Assembly (NCBI GenBank): GCA_051294375.1
Contig: CM119263.1
Coordinates: 11,280,443 to 11,344,442, forward strand
Reading direction: 5' to 3'
Length of the DNA stretch: 64,000 nucleotides
From: Paraspadella gotoi
Taxonomy: Eukaryota; Animalia; Chaetognatha
Every line of letters starts with the position of its first letter. Within the stretch, counting starts at the first letter, position 1. This document shows, piece by piece, positions 12,052 through 23,384 of this stretch. Made by a program: the position numbers and the translations under genes. The notes under the pieces are model-generated. The model made no database searches. It was not told the origin of the DNA and worked only from the letters and a program-made list of their open reading frames with translations.

Positions 12052-15000
12052 AAATACTATATTAATATTAAGATAAAGATTTGGATTCTGTGGAAAGTTA
12101 TTATGGGTTTTTTGTTACAATTCGAATTTTTGTGATGTTTATAACTTTATATGAACAAATTTGCGTCGTATATCGCTAACCCCTAATACCCACGTCGCCT
12201 GATTCGCTTATGGCCACAAAAAACTGCATAAATAATGACTTGAATACATATTGCATGAAATAAAAAATCAAAAGAAAAAAAAAATTATAAGAGACTTAAA
12301 AAAAGGGAGAATTCATAATTTTCTTGTGGTCAGCGCGCAAGACGCAGATGCTCAACGGGTCATTTTTCGTCAGACAAGACACATCGTGTCAGAAAAAGCT
12401 TTTTTTTAAAATTTCTTCCATTTGATGTATGTTCGTATGTTCTCTTGTAAAAAACGACTGCTTTCTCTTTTTAATTTATAAAGGATCGAACATGTTGGCG
12501 ATTGCACGTGGTTTGACCGCAACGCAACCCGGTAACTTTTTTATGAAAATAATTTCTGTCATTTATTATGTTTGAGGTGAGTGAAAAAAATACACTTCGG
12601 AGGCGATCGAACTTACCTTCTGGTGGCGGACAAGGAGTGAACGTGGCGGAAAAAAGAAAGGAAAAGTTGGAAAAAAGGGGAGAAGGAAATAAAGCAAGAT
12701 TATATTATAATGAATGAATGAAAAGTCAGAGCGGAATGTCGCGGACTGTAAATTCACCCGGGAAAATAGATTTTTTTCCTCATTTCCCTTTTACCATCTG
12801 GTATTCCCTCGTGTTTGTATTGAAAGTATAGATGGGATTTTTGAAAAAAAAAATACAACCCAAAGGGAAGAAAGAAAAGGAAGAGAGAGAGAGAGAGCGA
12901 GAGAGAGAGAGAGAGCGAGAGAGAGAGAGCGTGAGAGAGAGAGATAGGAAGGGCTGGTGATCCACCTTCAAAATTGTTGCCAGGGTCATCCCTTTTCCGA
13001 GGGATTGGAATGAATTGGAACCGACGTCGCGTCGTGATAAATGATGAATGCTTAACCTTCGGTCGCTTCTCTGCCCATTTCACCGATCCAACACATCCTC
13101 ACTCCAACCCTTTCTGCGATTCCAACGATCCAACACTCTCGCTCTCACATTATCTACAATTCCATCATTCTCCGAGAATCCAATACTCCCTCAATCCGAA
13201 AATTAAAAAAAATTCAAAGTTCCTATTCTTTCCTGACCGGTCTACAAATCGGACGATCCTTACTCTTCTTTTAGCCCCTATAGGCTTTTGCAACCACGCT
13301 CCTTTGTCTGAGCTCCAACGCCTCTTCTTCCAAAGCTTCACCACCGCTCCAGCCCTCGTCTTTCAATCCCGCTATGCCTCCACGTTTCCCCGATTCCGCG
13401 ATCCTCTCCTGCCAACTCTTTTTCATTTTCTCTTTCCAATCTCCTCGGAATTTATTTTATCAATTTTCCTCCATTTTCTAGACTTCGATGTCGTTTTCTT
13501 CAAATCGTTTTTTTCTCTTTTTAGTTCGAACAGTTTTACTTTTTTCTTCTTTTTTTTTCTTCCGCCATCTTACCTTATTTTCTAATGTTTATTTTTTTCC
13601 CCTTGTGTACAATCTAAACATATTCTCGGCTTCTTGGGATTTCAAGTTTTAAATATTATTCTTTCTAACACTTTTCTTTTTCAACTGAGAATGAGAGCTC
13701 CTATTTTTTATTCTCTAAGCGAAAGTAAAGATTTCCTTTCCTTCCATCTCCAGAAACTTTTACTATCAAAATCTCATTGGGGTTTTTTTTTTTTCTTTCC
13801 CAACCCTTTGAAAAAAAAAAAATCCCAAATTTCTTTTAATTTGGGTGGAAAAGAGAAAAAGAAAAGAAGAAGAAAAAAAGATTGGCGTCATTCAAACGAA
13901 TCCATTAATCATTCAATGACGCAACCTTCCCCGTTGCCTCGGAATCTTTTTTTTTTTCTCACGAAGCCTGTTACCAGTTCTATTCTAGCCGGGTTTTTTT
14001 TTTATATAAAGTTTTTTTAAAAATTTTTTCAGACTAATACTCATTTCGTTTCTTAGTTTCAGTATATGAGCTCCCTAACACAAAAACGCCGTCAAAGTTC
14101 AGCATTTCCAATTTTCCAATGAGATCTTCGGCTCAAGAGCTCAACCGTCGCCCCGTTGAGAGGGCGGCCTCCGCGAGACGAGGACTCGAGACAGGATCCG
14201 TCTCTGCAAGTCGAAAGACGGAGGCGGAGACACCAAAATAAACAGAGTAGAGCGAATGTCAACAAAGGAAAACGGAGGGTAAACAAACAAAAGGGCAGCG
14301 ACAACACGCGGCGATAGAGAACTTTCTAATCTCTGCCAAGGATACCGATCACGTCGCGTTTTGCCGGGAAAAATAGTGGAGGGGGGGGGAGTCTGGAGAG
14401 GAAGAGAGAGGCGAGGGAAAGAGAGTGAGAGAAAGAGAAAATGGGTAAAAGGAAAAAAAAAAGGATAAGACTGCGGGAAGTAAGTAACAAACAACCGTTG
14501 AATAAAAAAAAAACTGTTAGTACGGCGAAAGGTCACTATTTTATGGTTAACAATTAAGATAATAAATTTCGATTGGCTCCTTTCCAGTGCCAATCGATTC
14601 TCTCCATCCAAATACGAGAAATGAAATTAACGTCGACGACGACGTTTGTTATTCTGCGATAGAGCGTTTTATTTAAAAAAAAAAAAAGAGCAACTTCACT
14701 TGGCATAAATCAAGCCCATAAAACAATAGCGCGATGGTTAGTTCTTCACTAGAACTTCTCTCATCGCCGATGTTATAAATCGCCGCTCAACAATCTCATT
14801 CGAGTTCGACCCATTTACCTCCAATTCTCTCCGCGAGCCAACAAAACGCGTTGGAACGCTTGGGATCGCCGCCAATTTCACCTGCGCGCGCAAGTGCCAT
14901 GAGACCGGGCGAAACAAGTCGTTCATAACATAGTTTGTGCGCGCGCATCATAGTGCGCGCGAGCACGCGAAGCCCATAACGTCGCGTCTTTTCCCGCGGT

Positions 15001-15123
15001 CGAAAGATGGGGAACCAAATAAATCCAAATAAAGACAGAACGAGACATTGAGATGGGCGCGGTTATCATTTCGTCGTGAGGGATGGCGAAAGGACGAGAA
15101 AGTAGAGAGAGAGGAAAAGGAGG

Positions 15124-15189
<66 letters not shown>

Positions 15190-15338
15190 CGAGAGAGACT
15201 AAATTCATATCTTCATCCATATCTCAAAAAGTCAAACTGAGGTTCTTTTGTCGTCGTGCTTTCTCCCTCAGAGAGGAAGAGAACGAGAGAGATAGAGAGA
15301 AAGAGTAAAAAGATAGAGAGAAAGAAATAGAGAAAGAT

Positions 15339-15428
<90 letters not shown>

Positions 15429-15575
15429 CTTGAATATCATTGATGTGCGAAAAGAGAGGGAAGACTTTCATTTCGTTATTTGCATCTAAAGAGCATCTAT
15501 TCGATGTAAATATGGCGAAGAGAAAGCGATAGAGAGAGAAAGAAAGAAGAGAGAGAGAGAGAAAGCGATAGAGAG

Positions 15576-15625
<50 letters not shown>

Positions 15626-15649
15626 AGAGAAGAGAGAGAGAGAGGAGAG

Positions 15650-15683
<34 letters not shown>

Positions 15684-16218
15684 GAGGAGAGAGAGAGAGG
15701 TGATGAATAGTATTCGGAATTCAAATTGCGGCAAAGAGTAACAAATAAACCGGACGCTAATACCTTTTTTCAAAATTTATGCGGTGCTTCAAGAGAAATT
15801 CTCGGCGTCGCCAGTTTATTTCAACGATTAATTCCTAATTGTCTCCAAGAGCGAGAGGATGGCGAGACCAGTCAACAGGCTCGTCCGCCTACTCCTTTCT
15901 CATCGAGCAAGAAGAAAATGAAAACAAGTAAAAAACATTCAAATTTTTTTCTCTTTTATTAGTTGGGTAAGTTTTATGTTTTTTTCTATTTCGGTTCCTC
16001 TCCTTCTTCCATAATCTTTCCCATTCATTCGCCTTAACTCACTTTTTCATCCTATAATTTCTCGAATATTTTTTCTATACTACATTGTCATTTTACTATT
16101 TATTACATCTATTTAGTCCATTGTCCTTTGTTCTCTTTCTTCAATATCTCCCTTTCATTTTTTCCCCTTCTGTTCTCCTTCTCCATTCCCTTCACCCTCC
16201 CTATCCCCTCGCCAAAGC

Positions 16219-16346
16219 TCATCGCTCAACTTCCGCGTCGTTCAGTCTTCTCATGACGCGCCCATTCGTCATTGACCCGCCATTATCAGTGGGCGTGTCA
16301 TCGGTGTAGTCGTTCAAGTCTTTGCCGACGTCGTCCCTCGACAGTG
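16219..16346 (-). CDS. Weak candidate terminal exon (..LSRDDVGKDLNDYTDDTPTDNGGSMTNGRVMRRLNDAEVER*)
   Basis: CTGAC branch-like motif and TGCAG acceptor on the minus strand, followed by 42 codons of balanced composition. No homology recognised. Confidence 0.18.
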
Positions 16347-17656
16347 CTGCATATGACGTCAGCAATTTTTTTCTTCTGCATTATACACACGTTACAACTG
16401 AGACGACGTATTATTTTCTTCCTTTTCACGGTTGGCTATATTAAGTAATAACTATTCAAGCGTAATTGGTAATGTAGTAAAATATTTTTTCAAAAGCTTA
16501 AATGATAAACATTTCACCATTTAATAAACTCTTTTGGTTCTTAAACATTTTCAGACAATTAAAAGAGGAATAAAGGATAATCATAAAAACAGATTTTTTT
16601 CTATTTACCGCTTATAAAAGGATACTGTAACAAGACTATCTTTCTTGTCCACAATTATGATTAACCTCCCCCCCGAAAAGATAAATATAACATTTCTGGC
16701 TTCGAAAAATTCACAGTGAACCTTTCTATTTTAATACGCCATCCGAAAAAAAAAGTTTAAGAAAGAAAAAAAAGCGGAGGTTCTTTTCGACGATCCCCAC
16801 GGGGAATAAATGTGCCTCCCATTCCAATTTCCATCAATTTTCCGCGATTTCCATTCGGTTCTCTAAATCTTATCCGATCGATGAATAAAGGGTACAAGAC
16901 CAGAGGGACAGAAAAGGGGTGGACGAAAATTGGGGGGGGGAGGGTTAGTTCCAACAGCGAAAGATGGGTGAGGCCTGAGATGAGATAGAGTGAAGTAAGT
17001 TACGAGGAAAAAGATGAAACTCGGGACTAAGACTGAGAAGGTAGGTGAGTCACGAATTCACGATGTAGAAAGGAAGTGGAATAGGAAAGAATAAGGAAAC
17101 GAAAGAAGGAAGAAACGGATATAAAAATAGAAATGAGTTAAAACGAAAGCTGCGAACCAAAGTAGACAGTGAAACGATAAGATCAACAGAGACAAAGATG
17201 GCGCCACTAGTAGCATGAGGCGGACTCTAGGGGCAGATAATGAAGAGGCGCGTGATGGACTCCAGAGACGGGCGTGACTTGAGAGAGGTGGGGCTCTTAA
17301 AGGGCGCGGGCTTGGATGAAAAAGGGTGGCAAAGGAAGCGGAGCGGGCAACCAAAGGAGGAGTAACTAGGGAGTGCAGACAACAAACGGAAGCGGGCAAC
17401 AATCGAAACTTACATAAAAAAAAAGGGCGGCCAACCAAGTTTAAAACACGCCAGAAAAAAGGCGCGGGCAGGAAAAGGGCGCTGCCCGATCGAGGCGAAC
17501 GCTGGGGCTCCCAAATCCAACGTCGCTTCTACCGGTGATCGATTAGACCTGAGGGAATCGGCAAAGAGAGAAAAATCGGAGGTCGAAAAAGATCCTGATG
17601 TCTCATAAACCGCGAAGAAGACGGGGCTTCTCTCCCAATAAACCATGATGAGAGAG

Positions 17657-17755
<99 letters not shown>

Positions 17756-19208
17756 AACTTTCTGAGTAAATTGGTAGAAGGCCACAAAGATCATGTTTGA
17801 ATATAATCCGAATGTCATGTGAAAAAATTTATGGGACCTCGGCTTAGCCACTTGCTCGCATAGAATAATAGGGGTTTCCAATGTGAACAGAATATCAAAT
17901 AAATTTGGTAAATGACTATCATATTGAGTAGCGTTTCCTTTTTCTTAATTTAACTTCATTACTTTTTGGAAAAACTTGCTCAACTAGGAAAAAAATTAGG
18001 AAGTGAAAATTACATCGCGGGTGATTATGTTCTCAGAACTTGTAATTTCTAAATTTAAAATAAATGTTATCATCGGATGCAATTGAGTCTTTAACTCTGA
18101 AAAGTCGAGACAATGCTAGCTTTGTCACGATAAAAAAAATCTCGGAAGCTTTATGCTCATCCGACATATACGTTCGAGATAAAATAACAATATATATTAA
18201 AGTCGGATTTAACGGTTTACAAATAAGTTAGAGATTACCGTTTTGGATTCGGGTGTTACAAAGTAAAAAAAAAAAAAAGGCTCGACAAGAGCATAACTGA
18301 GAAAATGGTCGTTGAAAACAATTGGTTTTAGTTAAAAAACTCGTCCTCGAACAGAGGTGGTCGTGGAAAAAGGCGTTATCATCTAGCGCGGCGGAATGAC
18401 GTTTTTACGGGGAGAGAAAGCTTTATGGTTCTGGAAACGCGTTGTGGAAGGCTTAAGGGATTCAAAGGAGCAGCGTAACGAGGGGTAAAGGGGGAGCGGG
18501 GGGGGGAAGAGGTGATGGAGAAATGTGAAAGGGGGGGGTCTTGGGCTAGAGAAGAGAGGAGGGGCTCGGCAGTCGGTAGGAAGATTAAGCATTGACTAAA
18601 GGCGTCGGGCTAAGTTTAGTAGTAGTCATAACCAGAAACCAAGCGATAAGGCGGGAAAAAGGAGGGGAGTGGGAAAGGAAAGTAAGGATAAGCTAAAATG
18701 AGCAAGCAGCCTTAACGTTTTATTACGGGTACTACCAACGCAGGACGAAATTGATATGCGTAGCCTTCCGTTGGTGTTTGGCCTTTAAAAGCACGGTCAC
18801 TGGCCGATGCAAATGAGACAGTGAAAGACATAAATATATAATAATTAAGACTGGTATAGGTAATAAACCGAATTTTGGAATATCGCGAAGAAACTACGGG
18901 CTTCGACATTAGTTAATTAATCAACGTCACGACAATCACACTTAAATCCTTTTGACTTTTAGTTGGATAAATTAATTTTAATTATTTTGAAAATAACTAA
19001 ACTGAATAGTACATACTAAAAGTATATTTTTATTAATAAAATTAATAAAATACAAATTCGTAAGATAATAATAACAAATGAGAAAAAAAAAGAAATTGCT
19101 GTCCAGTAATACAGTGAAATTATTTTGCGAAAGGAAAAATAATTAAAGCTTGCACGAATGATTTTTTTTTTTAGAATGCCCGCGGAGCTGAGCTGCACAA
19201 ATTCATTC

Positions 19209-20897
19209 TCATCGTCGATTACAAAATCCACACCTCCGGCGACATCTGCCACATGGCGCGTAGATCATGTGAATCCTCAGCGCGACGGCATAGAGACCGA
19301 GACTCGTGAAGAAGTGCCACGCGTCATGCGGCCCCAACGCCAGCTGCCACACCAGACAGTTCCGGTTGGCCGCCCTCGATTCCCACGGTTTCCCGCTATT
19401 TTTGATCGTTGTCATAGAGACGAAGAGATACAAGGAGACGAGGACGAGCGCCAAGATTGCCGCGTAGCCGAGAATACGGCGCAGGCGCTCGCGACAGCAA
19501 AGAGGCCCGCGTTTGCACTCTATACACTCGATACAAATGAGCAAACACAGAGAAGCGGAGACGTAAGCGGCGAACAAAGCCTTGTATGCCTTTAGCGTCA
19601 ATACAAAAACCAGAATCAAGAAGAAAAAGAAGACGATTATGCCGATTATGTGGAAGAGCGGGCATTTGCCGGTCCACCGGCGCAACAAGAGCAGCAGCAA
19701 AACCCAGACGACAAAGACGCAGCACGAGATAACAAAAAGTGGATAGCGTTCGTCGATAGAGCCGAGAAGCACCACGATCTGCCCGGGGAAAATTATAACA
19801 AAATAGTCTAGAGAGGGTGGAGAAAGATCAAAATGGATGGACTCTCTCGAAATTCTTCTAAGGAGACTCGTGGCAAAGAGGCCCAGCACGTGCAGAGGGA
19901 AGACTCTGTCAAAGTCGACGGCGCGCTTGGAAGGGCAGAGGTGGTAGATGAATGAGAAGACTCCCGTCATAATCAGGGCCAAACCCGCCGCCAGGGTAGG
20001 ACCGTGGAATGAGTCTACCCGCACTAGATTCTCTTCGCCGCCTTCGTGGCGTCGGCACCGCGCCCGATGCCAAAGGGCGATCAGCGTCAGCGCCACGCCG
20101 GTGACCAAGTAAGACGCGTTAGAGAACAATCGGCCAAAGGAGATGCTCCAGAGTCCCGGGTAGAAACATTTTTCGTTAAAGTAGCAAAAGTCCTGATCGC
20201 CGGTCTTAAGTCGGCAACTTATGCCTCGGTGAGAGATGTAGATGGCGGGCACGGATACGACGACGCCGACGACGAGAACGATGACGGGATGAGTGACGGA
20301 AAGGAGGCGGCGTCCTACTCTGGCGAGAAACTTGTGGGAGAGGGACGACGTTGAACGAATTTCGTTATCCTCGTCATTTACGATGGAGTTTACGGAATGT
20401 CCGTTGACGTTCACGTCATTTTCGTCGTCGTCGACGTCAAATCTATCGGCATTGGATTCAAGTTCATTGGCGTCAACCTGATTCTCACATCGTGATTCCT
20501 CCGTGAACTTTTGATCGTCGAATATCCACCACAGAAGCCAAGTGAGAAAGAGCGTCGCTCCAACGGAAACTGAGAGGTAAAAGGCCAAAACGGCGACCAA
20601 CGGATCCGCGCGCCGCCGTTCCACCGAGACATCGAAACGACGCCTTTGTCGAGTTCCGTTTTGAATTCCATCGTCGTCTACGGCGATCGTCAGGAACCAC
20701 GGCCCCCGTCTTAGTCGTGGCGACGAGTGGCGCGAGAGTACGAGGCGACCGGAAGTGGAAAAAGACGCCGAGAGAACGCCGCCGGAAGTGGAAGCGACGC
20801 CGCCGGAAGAATCTTTTTCACATTTTTCCGGCGAATCTTTCGACGAAATCGATTCCGCCGGACGAGATGCGTTCGCCGACAAAATCAAAATTCCCAT
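19209..20897 (-). CDS. sid-1-like: SID-1/SIDT family multi-pass membrane protein (CREST superfamily; dsRNA/lipid transport, Zn-dependent lipid hydrolase fold), divergent
   Basis: The 562-aa ORF carries the family motifs in order: TGDQDFCYFNEKC (cf. TGNQDICYYNFLC), FGRLFSNASYLVTG (cf. FNNILSNLGY), AAGLALIMTGVFSFIYHLCPSKRAVDFD (cf. AMGxALMMEGLLSACYHVCPNYxNFQFD), PWESRAANRNC (cf. PAESREHNRDC) and HDAWHFFTS (cf. HDIWHFLSS). It has many hydrophobic segments and an acidic loop after TM1. The same frame is open a further 78 codons upstream, to 21131. Orthology to a specific SIDT/CHUP-1 paralogue is not established. Confidence 0.92.
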   Translation of the reverse strand: MGILILSANASRPAESISSKDSPEKCEKDSSGGVASTSGGVLSASFSTSGRLVLSRHSSPRLRRGPWFLTIAVDDDGIQNGTRQRRRFDVSVERRRADPLVAVLAFYLSVSVGATLFLTWLLWWIFDDQKFTEESRCENQVDANELESNADRFDVDDDENDVNVNGHSVNSIVNDEDNEIRSTSSLSHKFLARVGRRLLSVTHPVIVLVVGVVVSVPAIYISHRGISCRLKTGDQDFCYFNEKCFYPGLWSISFGRLFSNASYLVTGVALTLIALWHRARCRRHEGGEENLVRVDSFHGPTLAAGLALIMTGVFSFIYHLCPSKRAVDFDRVFPLHVLGLFATSLLRRISRESIHFDLSPPSLDYFVIIFPGQIVVLLGSIDERYPLFVISCCVFVVWVLLLLLLRRWTGKCPLFHIIGIIVFFFFLILVFVLTLKAYKALFAAYVSASLCLLICIECIECKRGPLCCRERLRRILGYAAILALVLVSLYLFVSMTTIKNSGKPWESRAANRNCLVWQLALGPHDAWHFFTSLGLYAVALRIHMIYAPCGRCRRRCGFCNRR

Positions 20898-20947
20898 TTT
20901 TTTCTTTCCTCTCCTTTGTTTTCCGCTTCGGTTCGCCTCGAAACTTT

Positions 20948-20982
20948 CTACGACGGAGAATACGACGAACGCGTCATCGTCG

Positions 20983-21027
<45 letters not shown>

Positions 21028-21508
21028 ACATCGAAACGGAAGCGAAATTCGCGTTTCTCATCGTCGAGACGAAGGAGGGATCCGATAATCGAAGACGACG
21101 AGTCTTTTTCGAGACGTCGTCGTCGTCGTCGTCATGCTCCGCCACTTGGCGTTCTTCGCGATTCCCAAATCCTTTTATTTTTTTTCTTCCGGCAAAAGAT
21201 TCTTTCTCCGCCTCCTTTCCTTCGTTTCCGCTTGTCTCTCCGGTCTCGGCCGCTCCTTTTGTCTCTCCGGTCTCGGCCGCTCCGTTTGTCCGGACTCTCT
21301 CGTCCGATTCCGCCGTCTCTTCGATTCCGCCCGTCTTCACAATCTCATGGGCGACAGAGGGCGTTTTCCGATCTCTGTCGGTGACGAGGCCCAACTGTCC
21401 GCCCTCGGCAAAGATTTCCGGCGCTACCTCCGCCCAGCCGGAAGAGGAACAAAAGACGACGACGACGACGACGTCGATGAGGCGAAACAACGAGTTTGAC
21501 AGTCTCAT
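20948..21508 (-). CDS. Probable N-terminal segment of the SID-1-like gene (signal peptide plus acidic low-complexity linker), in a different frame from the main ORF
   Basis: MRLSNSLFRLIDVVVVVVFCSSSGWA-E looks like a cleavable signal peptide, which SID-1 proteins need and the main ORF lacks. It overlaps the open main frame at 20948-21131. Joining the two needs a -1 shift or an intron and gives about 765 aa. Confidence 0.55.
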
Positions 21509-22069
21509 CTTCCTTCGCGCTGTTGTCGTTGTTGTGCCGGTCGGATCCCTGGGGGAAAAAGAGGACGAGCGCTTTTGGCGTCAAACGAAGCCTGAGAAAC
21601 AGAAATGACATATGAGCGGAGGAAGAAAGGGAGTTTTGGGAAGAAAAAAGGAAAGGGAAGAAAGGAGCAGTGAGAATTGGGGGAAATTAACAGAAAAGAG
21701 GAAGGGCGAGTGGGAAAAGCAAAAGAAGATATTATAAAGATAGAGAAGAAGAGGAAAAGGGAAAAGAAGAGAGAGCAAGAAAGGGAGAGAGATATATATA
21801 GAGAAAGATTGGGCGCCCCTTCTTTTTGTTAATAGCAGACGACGACGGTCAGAATATTTTAAGTCGTCTTTCAAATATTTGTTTCCTTTTTGCAAAAATA
21901 AGTGAACTTAATATGAATATTAATATCATTTTCGCTGCAAATATCTTTGACTCAACATAACGCTTGACTTTTGTCTTTAATCACGTTCTAAAAATAAACG
22001 TACGAAAATATATACGCAGTTCAGCCTCCAACATCTGTTATGGTGCTGTTCTAAACCCAGGATTTCCCA

Positions 22070-22108
<39 letters not shown>

Positions 22109-22613
22109 TCTTTCTCTCTCTCTCTCTCTTTCTCTGTGTGTTTTTGTCCCACAGGGAGATTTCGGAAAACGTCTTTGCCTATTTCGCGTTTGAAAATTTG
22201 CGACTTATTTTGTATATCAACAAACATCATTTCTTTCTCGTTTAGTTCTAAACTCGAATTACCTATTTTAATCGATGTTTTGGCAGCATAGTAGACCCAA
22301 GATATTTGTGTTTTTAAATACTTCTTCATTGATTAGATATTTGTCCAGAAAAAAAAAACGTGTTCCTCTGAAATGCAGTGTCTAACTCGGTCTGAATCGG
22401 AGTTCGAGCGGAACGTTTCAACCAAAACAGAAAAAAAAAAAACCGGTTTTGTTCTTTTTTTTCTCGTCGTTTGATTCGATTACAAAACATTTCGTCACTG
22501 GGTTTTCACGGCTCCAGACTTAGATCGCTGACTTCATTTCTAGTTTCTAACATTTCAACTTTTACCATACAACATACAATAACAAACAAATATCTATCAA
22601 GGAAAGAGAGAGA

Positions 22614-22659
<46 letters not shown>

Positions 22660-22800
22660 GAATCGATTTAAAAAAACATTTCGGATACAATGGAAAAGAA
22701 AGTCGAAAAAAAAAATAGAAAACTCGGAAAAATAGAGAAACGACGGGGAGAGATCGTTATCACGAGAGAACAGTCTGGACCAGGAATTCCTATTATGAGA

Positions 22801-23384
22801 TTCACAATTCTCTCAATTCTCTCAATTCTCTCAATTTTCTCAATTCTCTCAATTCTCTCAATTTTCTCAATTCTCTCAATTCTCTCAATTTTCTCAATTT
22901 TCTCAATTCTATCAATTTTCTCAATTTTATCAATTTTATCAATTTTATCAATTTTCTCAATTTTCTAAATTCTATCAATTCTCTCAATTCTCTCAATTCT
23001 CTCAATTCTCTCAATTTTCTCAATTCTCTCAATTCTCTCAATTCTCTCAATTTTCTCAATTCTATCAACTCAATTCTCTCAATTTTCTCAATTCTCTCAA
23101 TTTTCTCAATTCTCTCAATTTTCTTAAATCTCTTAATTCTCTCAATTCACAATTCTCTCAATTCTCTCAATTCTCTCAATTATCTCAATTTTCTCAATTC
23201 TCTCAATTCTCTCAATTCACAATTCTCTCAATTTTCTCAATTCTCTCACTTCACAATTCTTTCAATTCTTTCAATTCTCTCAATTCTCTCAATTTTCTCA
23301 ATTCTCTCAATTCTCTCAATTCTCTCAATTTTCTCAATTCTCTCAATTCACAATTCTCTCAATTCTCTCAATTCTCTCAATTCA
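22801..23384 (+). repeat. 9-bp minisatellite (AATTCTCTC/AATTTTCTC)n
   Basis: About 60 visible tandem units, which translate as REL/RKL repeats. A degraded mirror copy lies at ~28410-28896. Confidence 0.95.

Noticed and set aside
20717-21608. Plus-strand ORFs of 123-293 aa (and 19158-19595) overlapping the SID-1-like gene
   Set aside because: They are antisense shadows of a GC-rich coding region containing TCG repeats, with no motifs of their own.
22690-23068. REL/ILS periodic ORFs resembling a coiled-coil or LRR protein
   Set aside because: Translation of the 9-bp minisatellite.
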